From Chloroflexota bacterium (GTDB lineage Bacteria; Chloroflexota; UBA11872; VXOZ01), in NCBI GenBank assembly GCA_963663275.1, contig OY760183.1:2496001-2560000 (forward strand): 64,000 bases of DNA, in the 5' to 3' direction. The translations under genes were made by a program, and so were the position numbers. The number at the start of each line of letters is the position of its first letter. The first letter of the stretch is position 1. A model generated the notes under the pieces. That model was not told the DNA's origin and ran no database searches. It saw only the letters and a list, made by a program, of their open reading frames with translations. Positions 41,373 through 51,132 of this stretch are shown piece after piece.

Positions 41373-42395
41373 CTATGCGTCCGCTTCCATGCCCTCTTCG
41401 AAGAAGCGCGCCAGTTCGTCCCGGGGAAACGAGGGCAGGTCGTACCAGTCGCCGTTCACAAGCATGCGCATGCCCTGCGCCGGTTCCGTCAGCCGGCCGA
41501 TGGCGGCGGCTTCTATGCCCGCGTCGCGCAGCGCCGCCAGCGCGGCCACCACGTCTTGCGGCGCAACCACCGCAAGCAGAGCGCCTGAGGCGAGCAATCC
41601 GAGCGGGTCGAGCCCCAGCGCCTCGCAAATCGCGGCGGCCTCTGGGAGAAGTGGCACGGATTCAAGATCTATCGACAACCCACACGCCGCTCCGGCCGCC
41701 AGTTCCGCCAGGGCCGCGGCCAAACCGCCTTCCGTCGGATCGTGCATGGCGCGCGGGCGCGCGGCGCGGCACAACGCCTCCGCGGCCGGCACGACGCTGA
41801 TACCGGGATCATCGAGATACGCTTGGGCGCGGGCAATGGCGGCGGGCGGCACACCCCGCGCCTCAAGTTGCGCGCCGGCGTCTTGCGCGAGGATCGCGGT
41901 ACCCTCGATCGAAATGCCCTGCGTCAGGAGAATCACGTCGTCGGGCCGGGCGTTGGCATTGACCACCAGGCGATCTTTCGCCACCTCGCCCAAGAGCGTG
42001 CCGGAGAGGATCGGCCGGGTGACACCGTCGGTGACCTCAGTATGTCCCCCGATCAGCGTGACTCCCAAGGTCCGGCAGGCCTCGCGGATGTCGGCGAATA
42101 TCCGTTCCACGTCCGCCGGCGCGCAGGCAGGCGGCAGCAGCAGCGTGCCCAGAAACCACCGGGGCCGCGCGCCCATGGTCGCCACGTCGTTGGCGTTTAT
42201 CTGCAAGGCGTACCAGCCGATGCGGTGCGCGGTGAACGTAATCGGATCGCTCTTGGCAATCAGGTAACGCTCGCCAATGTCCAGCACGGCGGCGTCCTCC
42301 CCAAAGCGCGGTCCCACGATGACGGCAGGATCGTCAACCGGTATATCTTCAAGCAGACTCCGTAAGAGTTCCGCCGGCAGTTTGCCTTGGAGCAT
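41373..42395 (-). CDS. AIR synthase-related (PurM/HypE-like) protein
   Basis: GKLP, GEDAAV, KSDPIT, NANDVATMGA, GGHTE, MHDPTEGGL. Confidence 0.85.
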   Translation of the reverse strand: MLQGKLPAELLRSLLEDIPVDDPAVIVGPRFGEDAAVLDIGERYLIAKSDPITFTAHRIGWYALQINANDVATMGARPRWFLGTLLLPPACAPADVERIFADIREACRTLGVTLIGGHTEVTDGVTRPILSGTLLGEVAKDRLVVNANARPDDVILLTQGISIEGTAILAQDAGAQLEARGVPPAAIARAQAYLDDPGISVVPAAEALCRAARPRAMHDPTEGGLAAALAELAAGAACGLSIDLESVPLLPEAAAICEALGLDPLGLLASGALLAVVAPQDVVAALAALRDAGIEAAAIGRLTEPAQGMRMLVNGDWYDLPSFPRDELARFFEEGMEADA

Positions 42396-42408
42396 AGAAT
42401 AAGCGCCG

Positions 42409-42520
42409 TTTCCAGATGGAGATTGCTAGCACCTAGATGGACATTGCAAACACCTAGATGGACTTTTCAGATACTCAGATGGGTTAGGCAGGATTCCAGA
42501 GAGCATTGGCAAACACCCAG
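42409..42520. repeat. Degenerate tandem array of ~5 units of 21 bp (CACCTAGATGGACATTGCAAA-like)
   Basis: cacctagatggacattgcaaa / cacctagatggacttttcaga / tactcagatgggttaggcagg etc. Confidence 0.7.
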
Positions 42521-42544
42521 GCCTCGTCTGACTTCCCTCCCCCG

Positions 42545-42704
42545 GGCTGACAGGGGTAAGCATAATGCAACCGATTCTCGTGTCATTCCGAGCGGAGCGC
42601 AGCGGAGAGAGGAATCTAATGGATTAACCCTGCCGGGCCGGTTGAGCCCGGGACTCTAAATTCCTCACTGCGTTCGGAATGACGCTTGCCTACCCCCGTC
42701 AGCC
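42545..42704. mobile_element. MITE-like 160-bp non-coding element with 18-bp terminal inverted repeats and nested internal inverted repeats
   Basis: GGCTGACAGGGGTAAGCA (42545-42562) vs TGCCTACCCCCGTCAGCC (42687-42704), 16/18 match; inner GTCATTCCGAGCG...CGTTCGGAATGAC. Confidence 0.55.
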
Positions 42705-42746
42705 TCTCCTGGGGGAGAGGGTTAGGGTGAGGGGAATCTTCAGCTC

Positions 42747-44222
42747 CTACCCCTTGATCACCCCAATTGGCCGCACCCGCGCCACCACTCGTGCAATGCC
42801 GGATCGCTCCACCACGCCCACCACCTCCCGCGCGTCCTTATAGGCCTCGCTCGCCTCCTCCGCCAGACCGGCCTTGCTCTGGGCGCGCACGACGATGCCC
42901 TTGTCGCGCAAAACCCGCACGAGGTCTACGCCCTTCAGCTTCTTCTTGGCCGCGCCCCGGCTCAGCACCCGGCCCGCACCGTGGCACGTCGAGGCAAAGG
43001 TCTCGCGCCGCGCCCGCTCTTCACCAACCAGAATATACGAGTAGCGCCCCATGTCGCCGGGAATGAGCACCGGCTGGCCGACCGCGCGGTACCTGGCGGG
43101 CACCTGTGGGTCGCCGGCCGGCAGGGCGCGGGTCGCGCCCTTGCGGTGCACGCAAAGATCCATTTCCTTGCCGTTCACGCGATGGCGTTCCATCTTGGCG
43201 ATATTGTGCGCCACGTCGTAGACGACACCAACTTCGACCCCGGATTCCGACCGGTCGAGAACGTGCGCCAACGCCCGCCGCGTCCGCTCGGTAATCGCCT
43301 GGCGGTTGGCAAAGGCAAAGTTGGCCGCGGCGGCCATGGCGCCCAGGTACGCCTGGCCCTCCGGCGACCGGATCGGCGCGCAGGCCAACTGTCTATCGGG
43401 AAGCGTGATGCGGTACGTTTCCATCGCGCGCTGCATCACGCCGAGATACTCCTGGCAGACTTGGTGCCCCAGACCGCGCGAGCCGGTGTGGATAGACACC
43501 ATCACCTGGCCGAGTTCCGTAATGCCGAATGCGCGCGCGGCCTCTTCGTCCGCGATCGTCTCCACCACCTGCATTTCCAGGAAGTGGTTGCCGGAGCCGA
43601 GCGAACCAAGCTGCGGCCCGCCGCGCTGGCGCGCCCGGTCGCTGACCTTCGACGTGTCCGCTCCGGGCAGACACCCGCCGGACTCGATTGCGGTAAGGTC
43701 CTCGCGGCTGCCATGCCCGTTCTCCACCGCCCACGCCGCACCCTCGGCCAGAGCCCCTTCGATGTCGATTGCGGCGCCGCGTTTCCTCTTGCGGCCGCGT
43801 CCCAGGCCGGTGGGCACGTCACGGAACAATTGGTTGACGATTTCCGGCAGACTGCCCCGCACGGCGCGCTCGTGCAAGTTGGTGCGCAGCAGCCGCACGC
43901 CGCAATTTATGTCAAATCCCACGCCTCCCGGCGAGACCACGCCGTCGTCCGTGCGCATCGCCGCCACGCCGCCAATGGGAAAGCCGTAGCCCCAGTGAAT
44001 GTCCGGCATGGCGAGGGCGTGTCCCACGATGCCCGGCAGCGTGGCCATGTTCGCCACTTGCTGCACCGCCATGTCCCCGGCCATCGAGTCGATCATGGCC
44101 TCGTCGGCATAGATCAGCCCCGGCGCCCTCATGCCGTCCATGTAGTCGATCGGCAGTTCCCAGCGTACCGCGTCCCGTTGGCGCAGCACGCCGCGCCAGT
44201 TCTTGGGCGCTTTCTTTTCCAT
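42747..44222 (-). CDS. rtcB: RNA-splicing/repair ligase RtcB (archaeal/eukaryal type)
   Basis: MPDIHWGYGFPIGG, VGFDINCG, GSGNHFLE, HTGSRGLGH, AHNIA, HRKGATR, CHGAGR, AYKD. Confidence 0.96.
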   Translation of the reverse strand: MEKKAPKNWRGVLRQRDAVRWELPIDYMDGMRAPGLIYADEAMIDSMAGDMAVQQVANMATLPGIVGHALAMPDIHWGYGFPIGGVAAMRTDDGVVSPGGVGFDINCGVRLLRTNLHERAVRGSLPEIVNQLFRDVPTGLGRGRKRKRGAAIDIEGALAEGAAWAVENGHGSREDLTAIESGGCLPGADTSKVSDRARQRGGPQLGSLGSGNHFLEMQVVETIADEEAARAFGITELGQVMVSIHTGSRGLGHQVCQEYLGVMQRAMETYRITLPDRQLACAPIRSPEGQAYLGAMAAAANFAFANRQAITERTRRALAHVLDRSESGVEVGVVYDVAHNIAKMERHRVNGKEMDLCVHRKGATRALPAGDPQVPARYRAVGQPVLIPGDMGRYSYILVGEERARRETFASTCHGAGRVLSRGAAKKKLKGVDLVRVLRDKGIVVRAQSKAGLAEEASEAYKDAREVVGVVERSGIARVVARVRPIGVIKG

Positions 44223-44235
44223 GGCCGCTCTCCCG

Positions 44236-44700
44236 TTAGATGTCGAAGAGTACCTGTATCATCGTGCGCGTAGGCAAGACCGTGACCTCAAGTTGGTGGT
44301 ACGTCACCGCTTTGATCTCCACGCCTTCGACCGCGTCTTCGTCTTCGAGAACAACCCCAATAGCTGTGGCGGAGCAGCGCGGCGGGGCGCATTCCGCAAT
44401 GTCGAAAGCTCGCACCACCAGGCCGTCCACGCTGAACCGGAAGAGCAATTCCGCCAGCCAGTTGACCAGCAGGTCGAGCCACGTATCGCCATCGACCGCA
44501 ACCGGCTGTTCATCCGCCGGCCCGGTAATGCCGCCCGGGTCTTTGCCAAGCGAGATCGCGTACATGCCGCGAGCGGCGGCGGCAAATGCGGCGGCCGGCG
44601 TGGGCCCCCAGGCCCGCACGCCGACGTCGGCCGTATGCTCGATGCGCGCGTACCCGCTGTCGCTCGGCGGCGAAGCGCAACCCGCGTCAATCGTGTCCAT
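44236..44700 (-). CDS. Archease (RtcB activator)
   Basis: EHTADV, WLAELL, EIKAVTYHQL, C-terminal FDI. Confidence 0.93.
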   Translation of the reverse strand: MDTIDAGCASPPSDSGYARIEHTADVGVRAWGPTPAAAFAAAARGMYAISLGKDPGGITGPADEQPVAVDGDTWLDLLVNWLAELLFRFSVDGLVVRAFDIAECAPPRCSATAIGVVLEDEDAVEGVEIKAVTYHQLEVTVLPTRTMIQVLFDI

Positions 44701-47185
44701 GGTCGTGCGCGTGCAAGCGCCCTTGCAGGTGCGCCTTCGCGTGTTGAAAGACCTGCCGCACCGCGTTGTGGCGCTCGGCGTCCGCGCGGGTCGCCAGCGT
44801 ATCGAGCCAGGTCAGACCGCCGTCCAGCACGGTCATCATGTAGGTCGCGTCGCTGGGATTGAAGAGTTCCTGGTTGTCGGCCACCACGTACACCGGTGAG
44901 GTGTGCGCCGCCACGTTCACCACCCACGTGTGCTGTACTTCCAGCGAACTCACGCAGCGCGCCGCGATCCAGCCGCTGCCGCCGAGTTTCACGTCCCGGC
45001 TGACGCGGCTCGTCTTGCCGCCGTCGGCTACGGGTTGGGTGGCGACCACCGCGCCGTTGCAGACGATTTGCAGTTCGTGGAACGGCAGCACCGATTCCGC
45101 CCAGGCCTCGACCGTCAGCGTGCCGCCGCCGGCCGGCAGCTTGAGTTCATCGCCCGGCCGCTTGCCTTCCACGCGCACGTCGATCAGCGGCCCGCTGGTG
45201 GTAAACGTGCGCCCGCCGCGCACGGCCTGCGCCCACGAGTCGAAGGAGAAGTCATCCTGCAGCAGCGCGTACGTGCGCACCCCGCCAACCGGAATGGCGG
45301 CACTCATCTTATCCGTCCCACCCACGGCGGCCACGCGGTAGCCGTTGTTGAGGAAGCGGTACCACTCGTGTATGCCAAAGTTATCGATCGTAGGCGTAAA
45401 GTACTTCAATTCAACCGCGTCAACCTTGCCGAGCACGATTTCAGCCACCGCTTCGGTATAGGGATTGGGGAAGTGCGGGATGACCACCAGGCCGTCGCGC
45501 TCCCGTGCCCGGTCCGCCCACTCGCTCATGCTGCTCAGCACCGGGTCGCCCAGGTAGCTTTCACCCGGCCCGGCGGTGGTCATGGGGTACACCGGCTCAC
45601 CTTTCACGCCCAGCAAACTGATGTGCCCCAGCAGATGCTGCCGGTTCTCGGTGCCTACATAGACTACGGTATCGTCCCGGCTGACGCCGGAGACCTCGCC
45701 GGTGATGTCGGCGACGTTGGTATAGAGATCGCCCCATTGGGAGGCGAGGAGATTAATCAGATTGACACCCTCGGCCTGACCCTCCAGCCACGCCGTCTGG
45801 GGCGAGATGAAGTGCACGTGCGTATCGGCGGTCACCCAGCCTTGTTCACGCCAGTTCAGCGGCCGCGCCAGCTTGAGCGTAAGCTCCCGTTGGCCGGGCG
45901 CGATGGTGAGGCGTTTGCGCAAGGGCTGGTACTCAAAGCCCTTGAAAATCTCGACGAACACCTCGCCCACCGGCAGTTCGATCTGAAAAGTACCATCGAC
46001 GTAGGCGTACTGGGTCTCGCCCAGCTTGAGATCGCCCGCGTAGTCCTCGAACCAGTTGTTATTGACTTCATGCCGGTGGCCGTAGGGCGGGAAATACCGG
46101 CCGTCCGGCGCGCGGAAGTGGACGCGCGCCGCCGTGGGCTTGCCGCTGGCGGCGTCTTCCAGCCGCACGTGCAGCCACGCGCGCTCCGGCGTCAGGATTT
46201 CCACCCGCACCTTGCCGTCTCCGCTCGCGCTCACTCCCGACTCGTAGAGCGACTCCATCGGCACGGCGCGGCCGGCAACGTCCAACGTGGCGTCGGGACT
46301 GGCGGTCACGTCCACTATGAGGGACTTCTCGCCGGCGGCGTTCTCGGCCTCGCCCAGGCCCGGCGCATCGTCGGCAAGCCACGTGTCCGGATCGAAGGCC
46401 GGCACGGCGTACGTGCGCGCTAACGTGCCCAGGTCCACCGTTACCGGCGTCTCTTCCGGCGCGCCCTCCACTTCCTCCGGCAGCGCGATGCGAAAGCTCT
46501 CTAACCGGTTGTGGCGCAGCGGATGGTGCTTGCCGGTATAGAGCGTAATGCCCGCCACTACTACGTTCGTGCCGCCGGTTGACGCCAAGCGCAGCGATTC
46601 CACCGTCCGCTCCGGATGCGGATTCGGCAGGGCGTAGATCCAGTAATTGGAAGCGGTGCGCGCGCGCCGCATTTGCAGGCCCGTCTGCCAGTATCCCCAG
46701 GAGCCGCGCGGGTACGGCCCGTTGATGTCCGCGGGCAGCATTCCGCTTTGCGGCCGGGCGGCGAACGCCAGTTGGCCCCAGGCAACGGTGGAGTTGATCT
46801 CGAACCGCCGCCGGATCGTCTGCGACTCCGCGCCGCCGTCGGCGTAGTTTATGGTGTATTCCGCGAGCGCCTCGCCGGGTTGCACCACCATGCCGCTCAT
46901 GCCGGGTTGCGAGGATACGCCGGGCTCCGCATCGCAGAAGTGGGCAAAGACGACGTGTGTCACGCCGCCGCGTCCCACCGGCACGGCTGCGCCCTCTTCG
47001 CTCAAGCGCACCCAACTGGCCGCGGCGTCCCCGGCGCCGAGCGTGAACGGAATCCCCCAGAATTCCTGCTCGCCGTCAGGCAGCTTTGCCAGATCTTGCG
47101 CCACGGGACCGTCCCAGGAAGCCAGTTCGTCTTGCCGCGCGGCATTGCGCACAGATGTCAAATCGAGCGGAATAGCGTGAACCAT
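44687..47185 (-). CDS. CehA/McbA-family PHP-like metallohydrolase with N-terminal beta-rich extension
   Basis: KGFEY, WVTADTHVH, GTENR...GHISLLG, VIPHFP, WYRFLNNGYRVAAVGGTD, GRTFTTSGP, AHTSPVYV. Confidence 0.8.
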   Translation of the reverse strand: MVHAIPLDLTSVRNAARQDELASWDGPVAQDLAKLPDGEQEFWGIPFTLGAGDAAASWVRLSEEGAAVPVGRGGVTHVVFAHFCDAEPGVSSQPGMSGMVVQPGEALAEYTINYADGGAESQTIRRRFEINSTVAWGQLAFAARPQSGMLPADINGPYPRGSWGYWQTGLQMRRARTASNYWIYALPNPHPERTVESLRLASTGGTNVVVAGITLYTGKHHPLRHNRLESFRIALPEEVEGAPEETPVTVDLGTLARTYAVPAFDPDTWLADDAPGLGEAENAAGEKSLIVDVTASPDATLDVAGRAVPMESLYESGVSASGDGKVRVEILTPERAWLHVRLEDAASGKPTAARVHFRAPDGRYFPPYGHRHEVNNNWFEDYAGDLKLGETQYAYVDGTFQIELPVGEVFVEIFKGFEYQPLRKRLTIAPGQRELTLKLARPLNWREQGWVTADTHVHFISPQTAWLEGQAEGVNLINLLASQWGDLYTNVADITGEVSGVSRDDTVVYVGTENRQHLLGHISLLGVKGEPVYPMTTAGPGESYLGDPVLSSMSEWADRARERDGLVVIPHFPNPYTEAVAEIVLGKVDAVELKYFTPTIDNFGIHEWYRFLNNGYRVAAVGGTDKMSAAIPVGGVRTYALLQDDFSFDSWAQAVRGGRTFTTSGPLIDVRVEGKRPGDELKLPAGGGTLTVEAWAESVLPFHELQIVCNGAVVATQPVADGGKTSRVSRDVKLGGSGWIAARCVSSLEVQHTWVVNVAAHTSPVYVVADNQELFNPSDATYMMTVLDGGLTWLDTLATRADAERHNAVRQVFQHAKAHLQGRLHAHDHGHD

Positions 47186-47362
47186 CAGTGTCCTCCGGTC
47201 TAGTCACAAAGAGTGAGGCAATTTGGAGAGACAGTTAGACAGAAACTGCCGTGCAAGCATACCCTCGCGCGTGCACACGGCTTTGCGCGCACACATTCGT
47301 GGGTGCACGATACCATGAACCGCGCGGTAGCAACAATGGGAGCGCAGGGTAGAGGAAGCGCC

Positions 47363-48319
47363 TTACTGCTGGTGCGGATTCTGCGGGTTCGTGTCTTGCA
47401 CCGCCTGGAGCGCGCGCATGGTGGGCAGAACGGCCTCGCCGGAGACTATGGGTTCGCGCTCCTGGCGGAGCGCCGTGATGAACTCGATGTCCTGCAAGTA
47501 CACCGCGCTCGCTTCCTCATTCTCGCCGCCGGCGGCGATGATCCGGTCGTTTGGATCGACCAGTTTTCCGTCCCGCACCGCGAGTGTCGTCTCTTCGCCG
47601 ATGATCAGGATTTCGAGCAAGGGCCGCATGGTGTTGTATGAGAGGGCGCACGAGACGAGCTGCTCGCGGGGCGTGCGCAGCGAAACCGAAAGGTCCAGCG
47701 GTATGCCTAGCTCAGCGTGCGGCGGCCCCATGTGACCCGCCACGTCCTGGGCCGGTTCTCCCAGCAGCCACAAGGCCGTGTCCACCGCATGGCAGCCGTG
47801 GTGCCAAAGCAAATTGTCCGTCCACGACCGCCGCCGACCCTGCCAGTTCACGTTCTCCCGGCGCAGAAATCCGTAGTGAATGAAGATGCTGTGCACCCGC
47901 AATTCGCCCTCGGCGACGTACTGCCGCGCGGTCGCCAACGTGGGCCAGAAGCGCATGGTGTGGGCCACCATCATGTGTCGGCCCTGCGCCGCAGCGAGCG
48001 CGGTCAGCATCTCCGATTCATCCAGCGACAGCGCCAGGGGGATTTCCACCAGCACGTGCTTGCCGGCCTCCAGCGCGGCCTGCGTCTGCGCGGCGTGCTT
48101 GGCGCTGGGGGACGTGATGACAACCGCGTCGATATCGTCTTGCGCCAGGGCTTCCGTGAGGTCAATCGTTGCCAGGGACGCGCCGCACTTCTGGGCAAAG
48201 GCTTGCGTCGGTTCCAGGAGCCTACCGACCACCGCCCCAATCCGCACGCCCGGAATGCGCGCCAACGACCGGCGATGCACCTCGGCAATGCTGCCGTACC
48301 CAACCATGCACACGTTCAT
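47363..48319 (-). CDS. Gfo/Idh/MocA family oxidoreductase (LigC-like EIP variant)
   Basis: VGYGSIA, HVLVEIPLA, AHTMRF, RSWTDNLLWHHGCHAVD. Confidence 0.88.
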   Translation of the reverse strand: MNVCMVGYGSIAEVHRRSLARIPGVRIGAVVGRLLEPTQAFAQKCGASLATIDLTEALAQDDIDAVVITSPSAKHAAQTQAALEAGKHVLVEIPLALSLDESEMLTALAAAQGRHMMVAHTMRFWPTLATARQYVAEGELRVHSIFIHYGFLRRENVNWQGRRRSWTDNLLWHHGCHAVDTALWLLGEPAQDVAGHMGPPHAELGIPLDLSVSLRTPREQLVSCALSYNTMRPLLEILIIGEETTLAVRDGKLVDPNDRIIAAGGENEEASAVYLQDIEFITALRQEREPIVSGEAVLPTMRALQAVQDTNPQNPHQQ

Positions 48320-48523
48320 GCGGTCACTCTTTCATTCATGTCAATGCTGTAGGTGTTGGCAAGTCCTTTGACGGAACTTGCCGTTCTTTCATCACAAGTC
48401 GTTGGGGAGAACACGCGCAACCGAGACTGCGGCGAAAGGAGTGTCCCATCCGCATAGTCCGATGGCCACGGTCATCTCTTTGGCGAACTCTCTGTACGCG
48501 CATGATGGGTCATTTCCGCTCCG

Positions 48524-48735
48524 GTAGCGCAGGTTCGCACGAGACGCGCGTGTAACCTGCGCCCGCTACGGCCACGCCAACGTGAGAGTTATTCGGATGC
48601 GGGGGACAAGCCCCCGCGCTACGCCCTTCCCGTAGGGGCAGGCCTTGTGCCTGACCTCCACAGATTGTGGGGACGAACTCCCGCACTATCTCTGTTCTGG
48701 GCCTTTCGGAGGCGGGGGACAAGCCCCCGCGCTAC
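48524..48735. repeat. Cluster of GTAG-type REP-like palindromes of at least three sequence types
   Basis: gtagcgcaggtt...aacctgcgcccgctac (48524-48569); GCGGGGGACAAGCCCCCGCGCTAC (48599, 48712); GTAGGGGCAGGCCTTGTGCCTGACC (48632); degenerate copy ~48667. Confidence 0.8.
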
Positions 48736-48776
48736 GTCTGTTCTGGGCCGACCAACGCCCGCGCTACGTGGCCGCG

Positions 48777-49229
48777 TCAGCGCGTGTGGCCGACCAGGCT
48801 CGTGGCGGTCACGGCCCGCGCCGCCGCGTCCTCGTTTGGTTCACCCGCCGGTTGCTTTGGAATCACGAAGGCGCGGCTGTGCACGTCGGTATCCACCACG
48901 CGCAGCGCCTCGTCAGGGCCAAGTTCCGTGCCCATCCGCTCCAGCCATGCCGCGGGATCCCGGATGATGGCGGCCTTGTAGTCCGGGTCTCTCCAATAGG
49001 AAGGCGCCGCGCCAATGAACGAGGGGTAGCAACTGCACGGCGTGCAAATCACCATGTGGTGCGTAGCGCCGGTGTTGTCATAGACGGCCAACGTCAGTTG
49101 TGCCGGCACGTCGATGTCGAGTTCCCGCAACGCGCCGCGCGGGTCGCTCAGCAAGCGGCTCTTGAAGTCGTCATCCCGCCACGCGCGCAGGACGACGCGC
49201 CGCGCGTCGCCGTTATCGGACTGCGTCAT
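48777..49229 (-). CDS. Nitrile hydratase alpha / thiocyanate hydrolase gamma-like protein (compact, orphan)
   Basis: RVVLRAWRDDDFKSRLLSDP, NTGATHHMVICTPCSCYP, PSYWRDPDYK, DP...L, FVIPKQP; GAAGGAGG RBS before ATG 49229. Confidence 0.85.
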   Translation of the reverse strand: MTQSDNGDARRVVLRAWRDDDFKSRLLSDPRGALRELDIDVPAQLTLAVYDNTGATHHMVICTPCSCYPSFIGAAPSYWRDPDYKAAIIRDPAAWLERMGTELGPDEALRVVDTDVHSRAFVIPKQPAGEPNEDAAARAVTATSLVGHTR

Positions 49230-49425
49230 GTGCTGCCTCCTTCGTAGATTCCCGCCTAGCATACCACAACACAGTCCATCGCCTGTTGCGCTCGGAGTGC
49301 TAAAGAGTCCAACCGGTGGCAACAGGACACACTCACCCCCTGGACGCCGGCTTTCGCCAAATTCCAGGGGGTGACATTGTGCACACAATCCAGGCGCAAG
49401 TGCCTGGGCGATCACTCAGCGCGGC

Positions 49426-51132
49426 CTAGCGGCTGTAACCGGAAGACGGCCGCTCCTTCTGGGCGGTTTGCGTGAGGTACTCCAGCAGGAAACTGAAGTC
49501 CTTGAACGAGGTTAGATCGCCCAACTGCCGGTCCAGCGACCACAACTCTTCCAGCAGAATACCCAGGTCGCGGTCAACCGGGGACTCGGAGTAGTCGAGA
49601 TTGCTGTAGCGGTCCGCGGCCAGCGCCACAATCGAACCAAATCGCAGGAAAGCCGCGTCGCGGGCATTCTCCAGCGCGTCGCTCTTGCTCAGCAGTGTCG
49701 CGTGCTGGCGGTTGGATTCGCCGGTGGCGGGCGTTACCCAGCGAATTTCCACCTCGCCCAGCCGGGCCGTGTCCTGCCGTCCCGCGTCGGTAAGTTGCAA
49801 CTCGAAGAAGACCGTGGTAGCCGCCCCCGCCGGTATTTCCGCGAACTCCTTGCGCGCTTCCGTGAAGGACTCATCGGAGGTAGCGCGGTTTTCGTAGCCC
49901 ACGATGCGCCACACCGAGACCATTTCCGGATCCCAGGTCACCTGGGCGCGGGTCTGATCGGCAAAGGGTATCGAGAGCGCCAGCCAGTTGTCGCGGCTGA
50001 AGGTCGCCCGGGCCTGCTCTACCGTGCTGAGGTAGCGGTACCAGCCGTTGCCGTGCTGCGCCAGTTGCTCCAGCAGGTAGTCGTTGTAGTTCTCGATGCC
50101 GACGCCGATGGTGATCAAACGCAGCGGATTGGTGTCGTCGCGGTCGTCCGCCGACTCCAATATCGAGAACGGGTCGGTGGCGTCCACGTTGGCCACGCCG
50201 TCCGACATGAGGATGATGTAGTTGTAGGCGTCGGGCCGCTCCCACCGGATGCGGTCGGCAAGTTGCACAGCCAGATCGAGGCCGGCCTGCACGTTCGTCG
50301 AGCCGTGGGGCGAGAGCAGATCGATGGAACGCCTGACCGCGCGGTCGTCGGGGTCGCGGTGCGAGACAGTGTATTCATTGATGACGTGGGTCGTAAAGTG
50401 CACCACGGCGATGCGGTCCTGGGCGCGCAGGCTGCGCCGGATGCTCTCGGCGGCCTCGCGCGCGATGGACACCCGATCGCCCTCGCGCATGGAACCGGAA
50501 GCGTCCAGCACCAGGGTGACGTTGAGTGGCGTGTCGTCGTAGGCCAGGTCCGCGGCCTGGAAGGCAATGCGCGCCAGGTGCAGACCGCTGTCCAACGGAT
50601 GCCGCAAGACGTCGGTGGCGATGGCAAAGCTGTCGTCGCGCAACGGCAGCGCGTAGTCGTAGTTGAACGCATTGATCCACTCTTCCGCTCGCACGGAGTC
50701 AGGCTCAACCCGGTAGGCCGACTGCGCCCAATTGAGCGCCAGGTGGTAGGACGTGCGGTCGGTATCCAAACTAAAGGTCGCCACCGCGTCGCGGACCGTA
50801 TTGACGAACGTGGCGCGCGGATAGTCCTTGAACGTAGTCGCGCCCGCGGTCTGCCGCGGCGGCTGGACTGCCGGTTGGCGCGAGGACGTCTGGGACGACT
50901 GCGTGCTGGAAGCGGGCGCGGCTTCCGACCTCTCGGCGGGGGCGCGTTTCGCGGCAGGCGCGGCCTCGGCGGCAGGTGCTTCTTTGGCCTCAGCCTGCGG
51001 CGCGGAACGCTGCTCGGACCGGGGCGCTTCCATGGCAGCTTCTGAGTGCGTCGCTGCCGTTGCACCGCAGGCGGCAAGCAAGAGCACACCCACAAGCAAC
51101 AGCGAAATCGTCGTGAAGTATCTCCTCATCAC
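49426..51132 (-). CDS. VWA-domain lipoprotein (YfbK-like)
   Basis: Lipobox LLAAC, ATFSLDTDRTSY, VRAEEWINAF, MIDAS LDASGSM, GSTN, LMSDGVANV, IVGYENR. Confidence 0.88.
   Translation of the reverse strand: MMRRYFTTISLLLVGVLLLAACGATAATHSEAAMEAPRSEQRSAPQAEAKEAPAAEAAPAAKRAPAERSEAAPASSTQSSQTSSRQPAVQPPRQTAGATTFKDYPRATFVNTVRDAVATFSLDTDRTSYHLALNWAQSAYRVEPDSVRAEEWINAFNYDYALPLRDDSFAIATDVLRHPLDSGLHLARIAFQAADLAYDDTPLNVTLVLDASGSMREGDRVSIAREAAESIRRSLRAQDRIAVVHFTTHVINEYTVSHRDPDDRAVRRSIDLLSPHGSTNVQAGLDLAVQLADRIRWERPDAYNYIILMSDGVANVDATDPFSILESADDRDDTNPLRLITIGVGIENYNDYLLEQLAQHGNGWYRYLSTVEQARATFSRDNWLALSIPFADQTRAQVTWDPEMVSVWRIVGYENRATSDESFTEARKEFAEIPAGAATTVFFELQLTDAGRQDTARLGEVEIRWVTPATGESNRQHATLLSKSDALENARDAAFLRFGSIVALAADRYSNLDYSESPVDRDLGILLEELWSLDRQLGDLTSFKDFSFLLEYLTQTAQKERPSSGYSR

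Noticed and set aside
41373-42395. Hydrogenase maturation gene hypE
   Set aside because: Lacks the C-terminal PRIC motif and has no hyp neighbours; called AIR-synthase-related only.
42396-42746. Y RNA or tRNA-like ncRNA next to rtcB
   Set aside because: No cloverleaf, T-loop or Ro/TROVE gene; the region is explained by repeats.
48777-49415. NHLP RiPP precursor, and the longer 212-aa ORF start
   Set aside because: The protein keeps the Cys metal motif, lacks a Gly-Gly core peptide and has no modifying enzymes nearby; the RBS supports ATG 49229.
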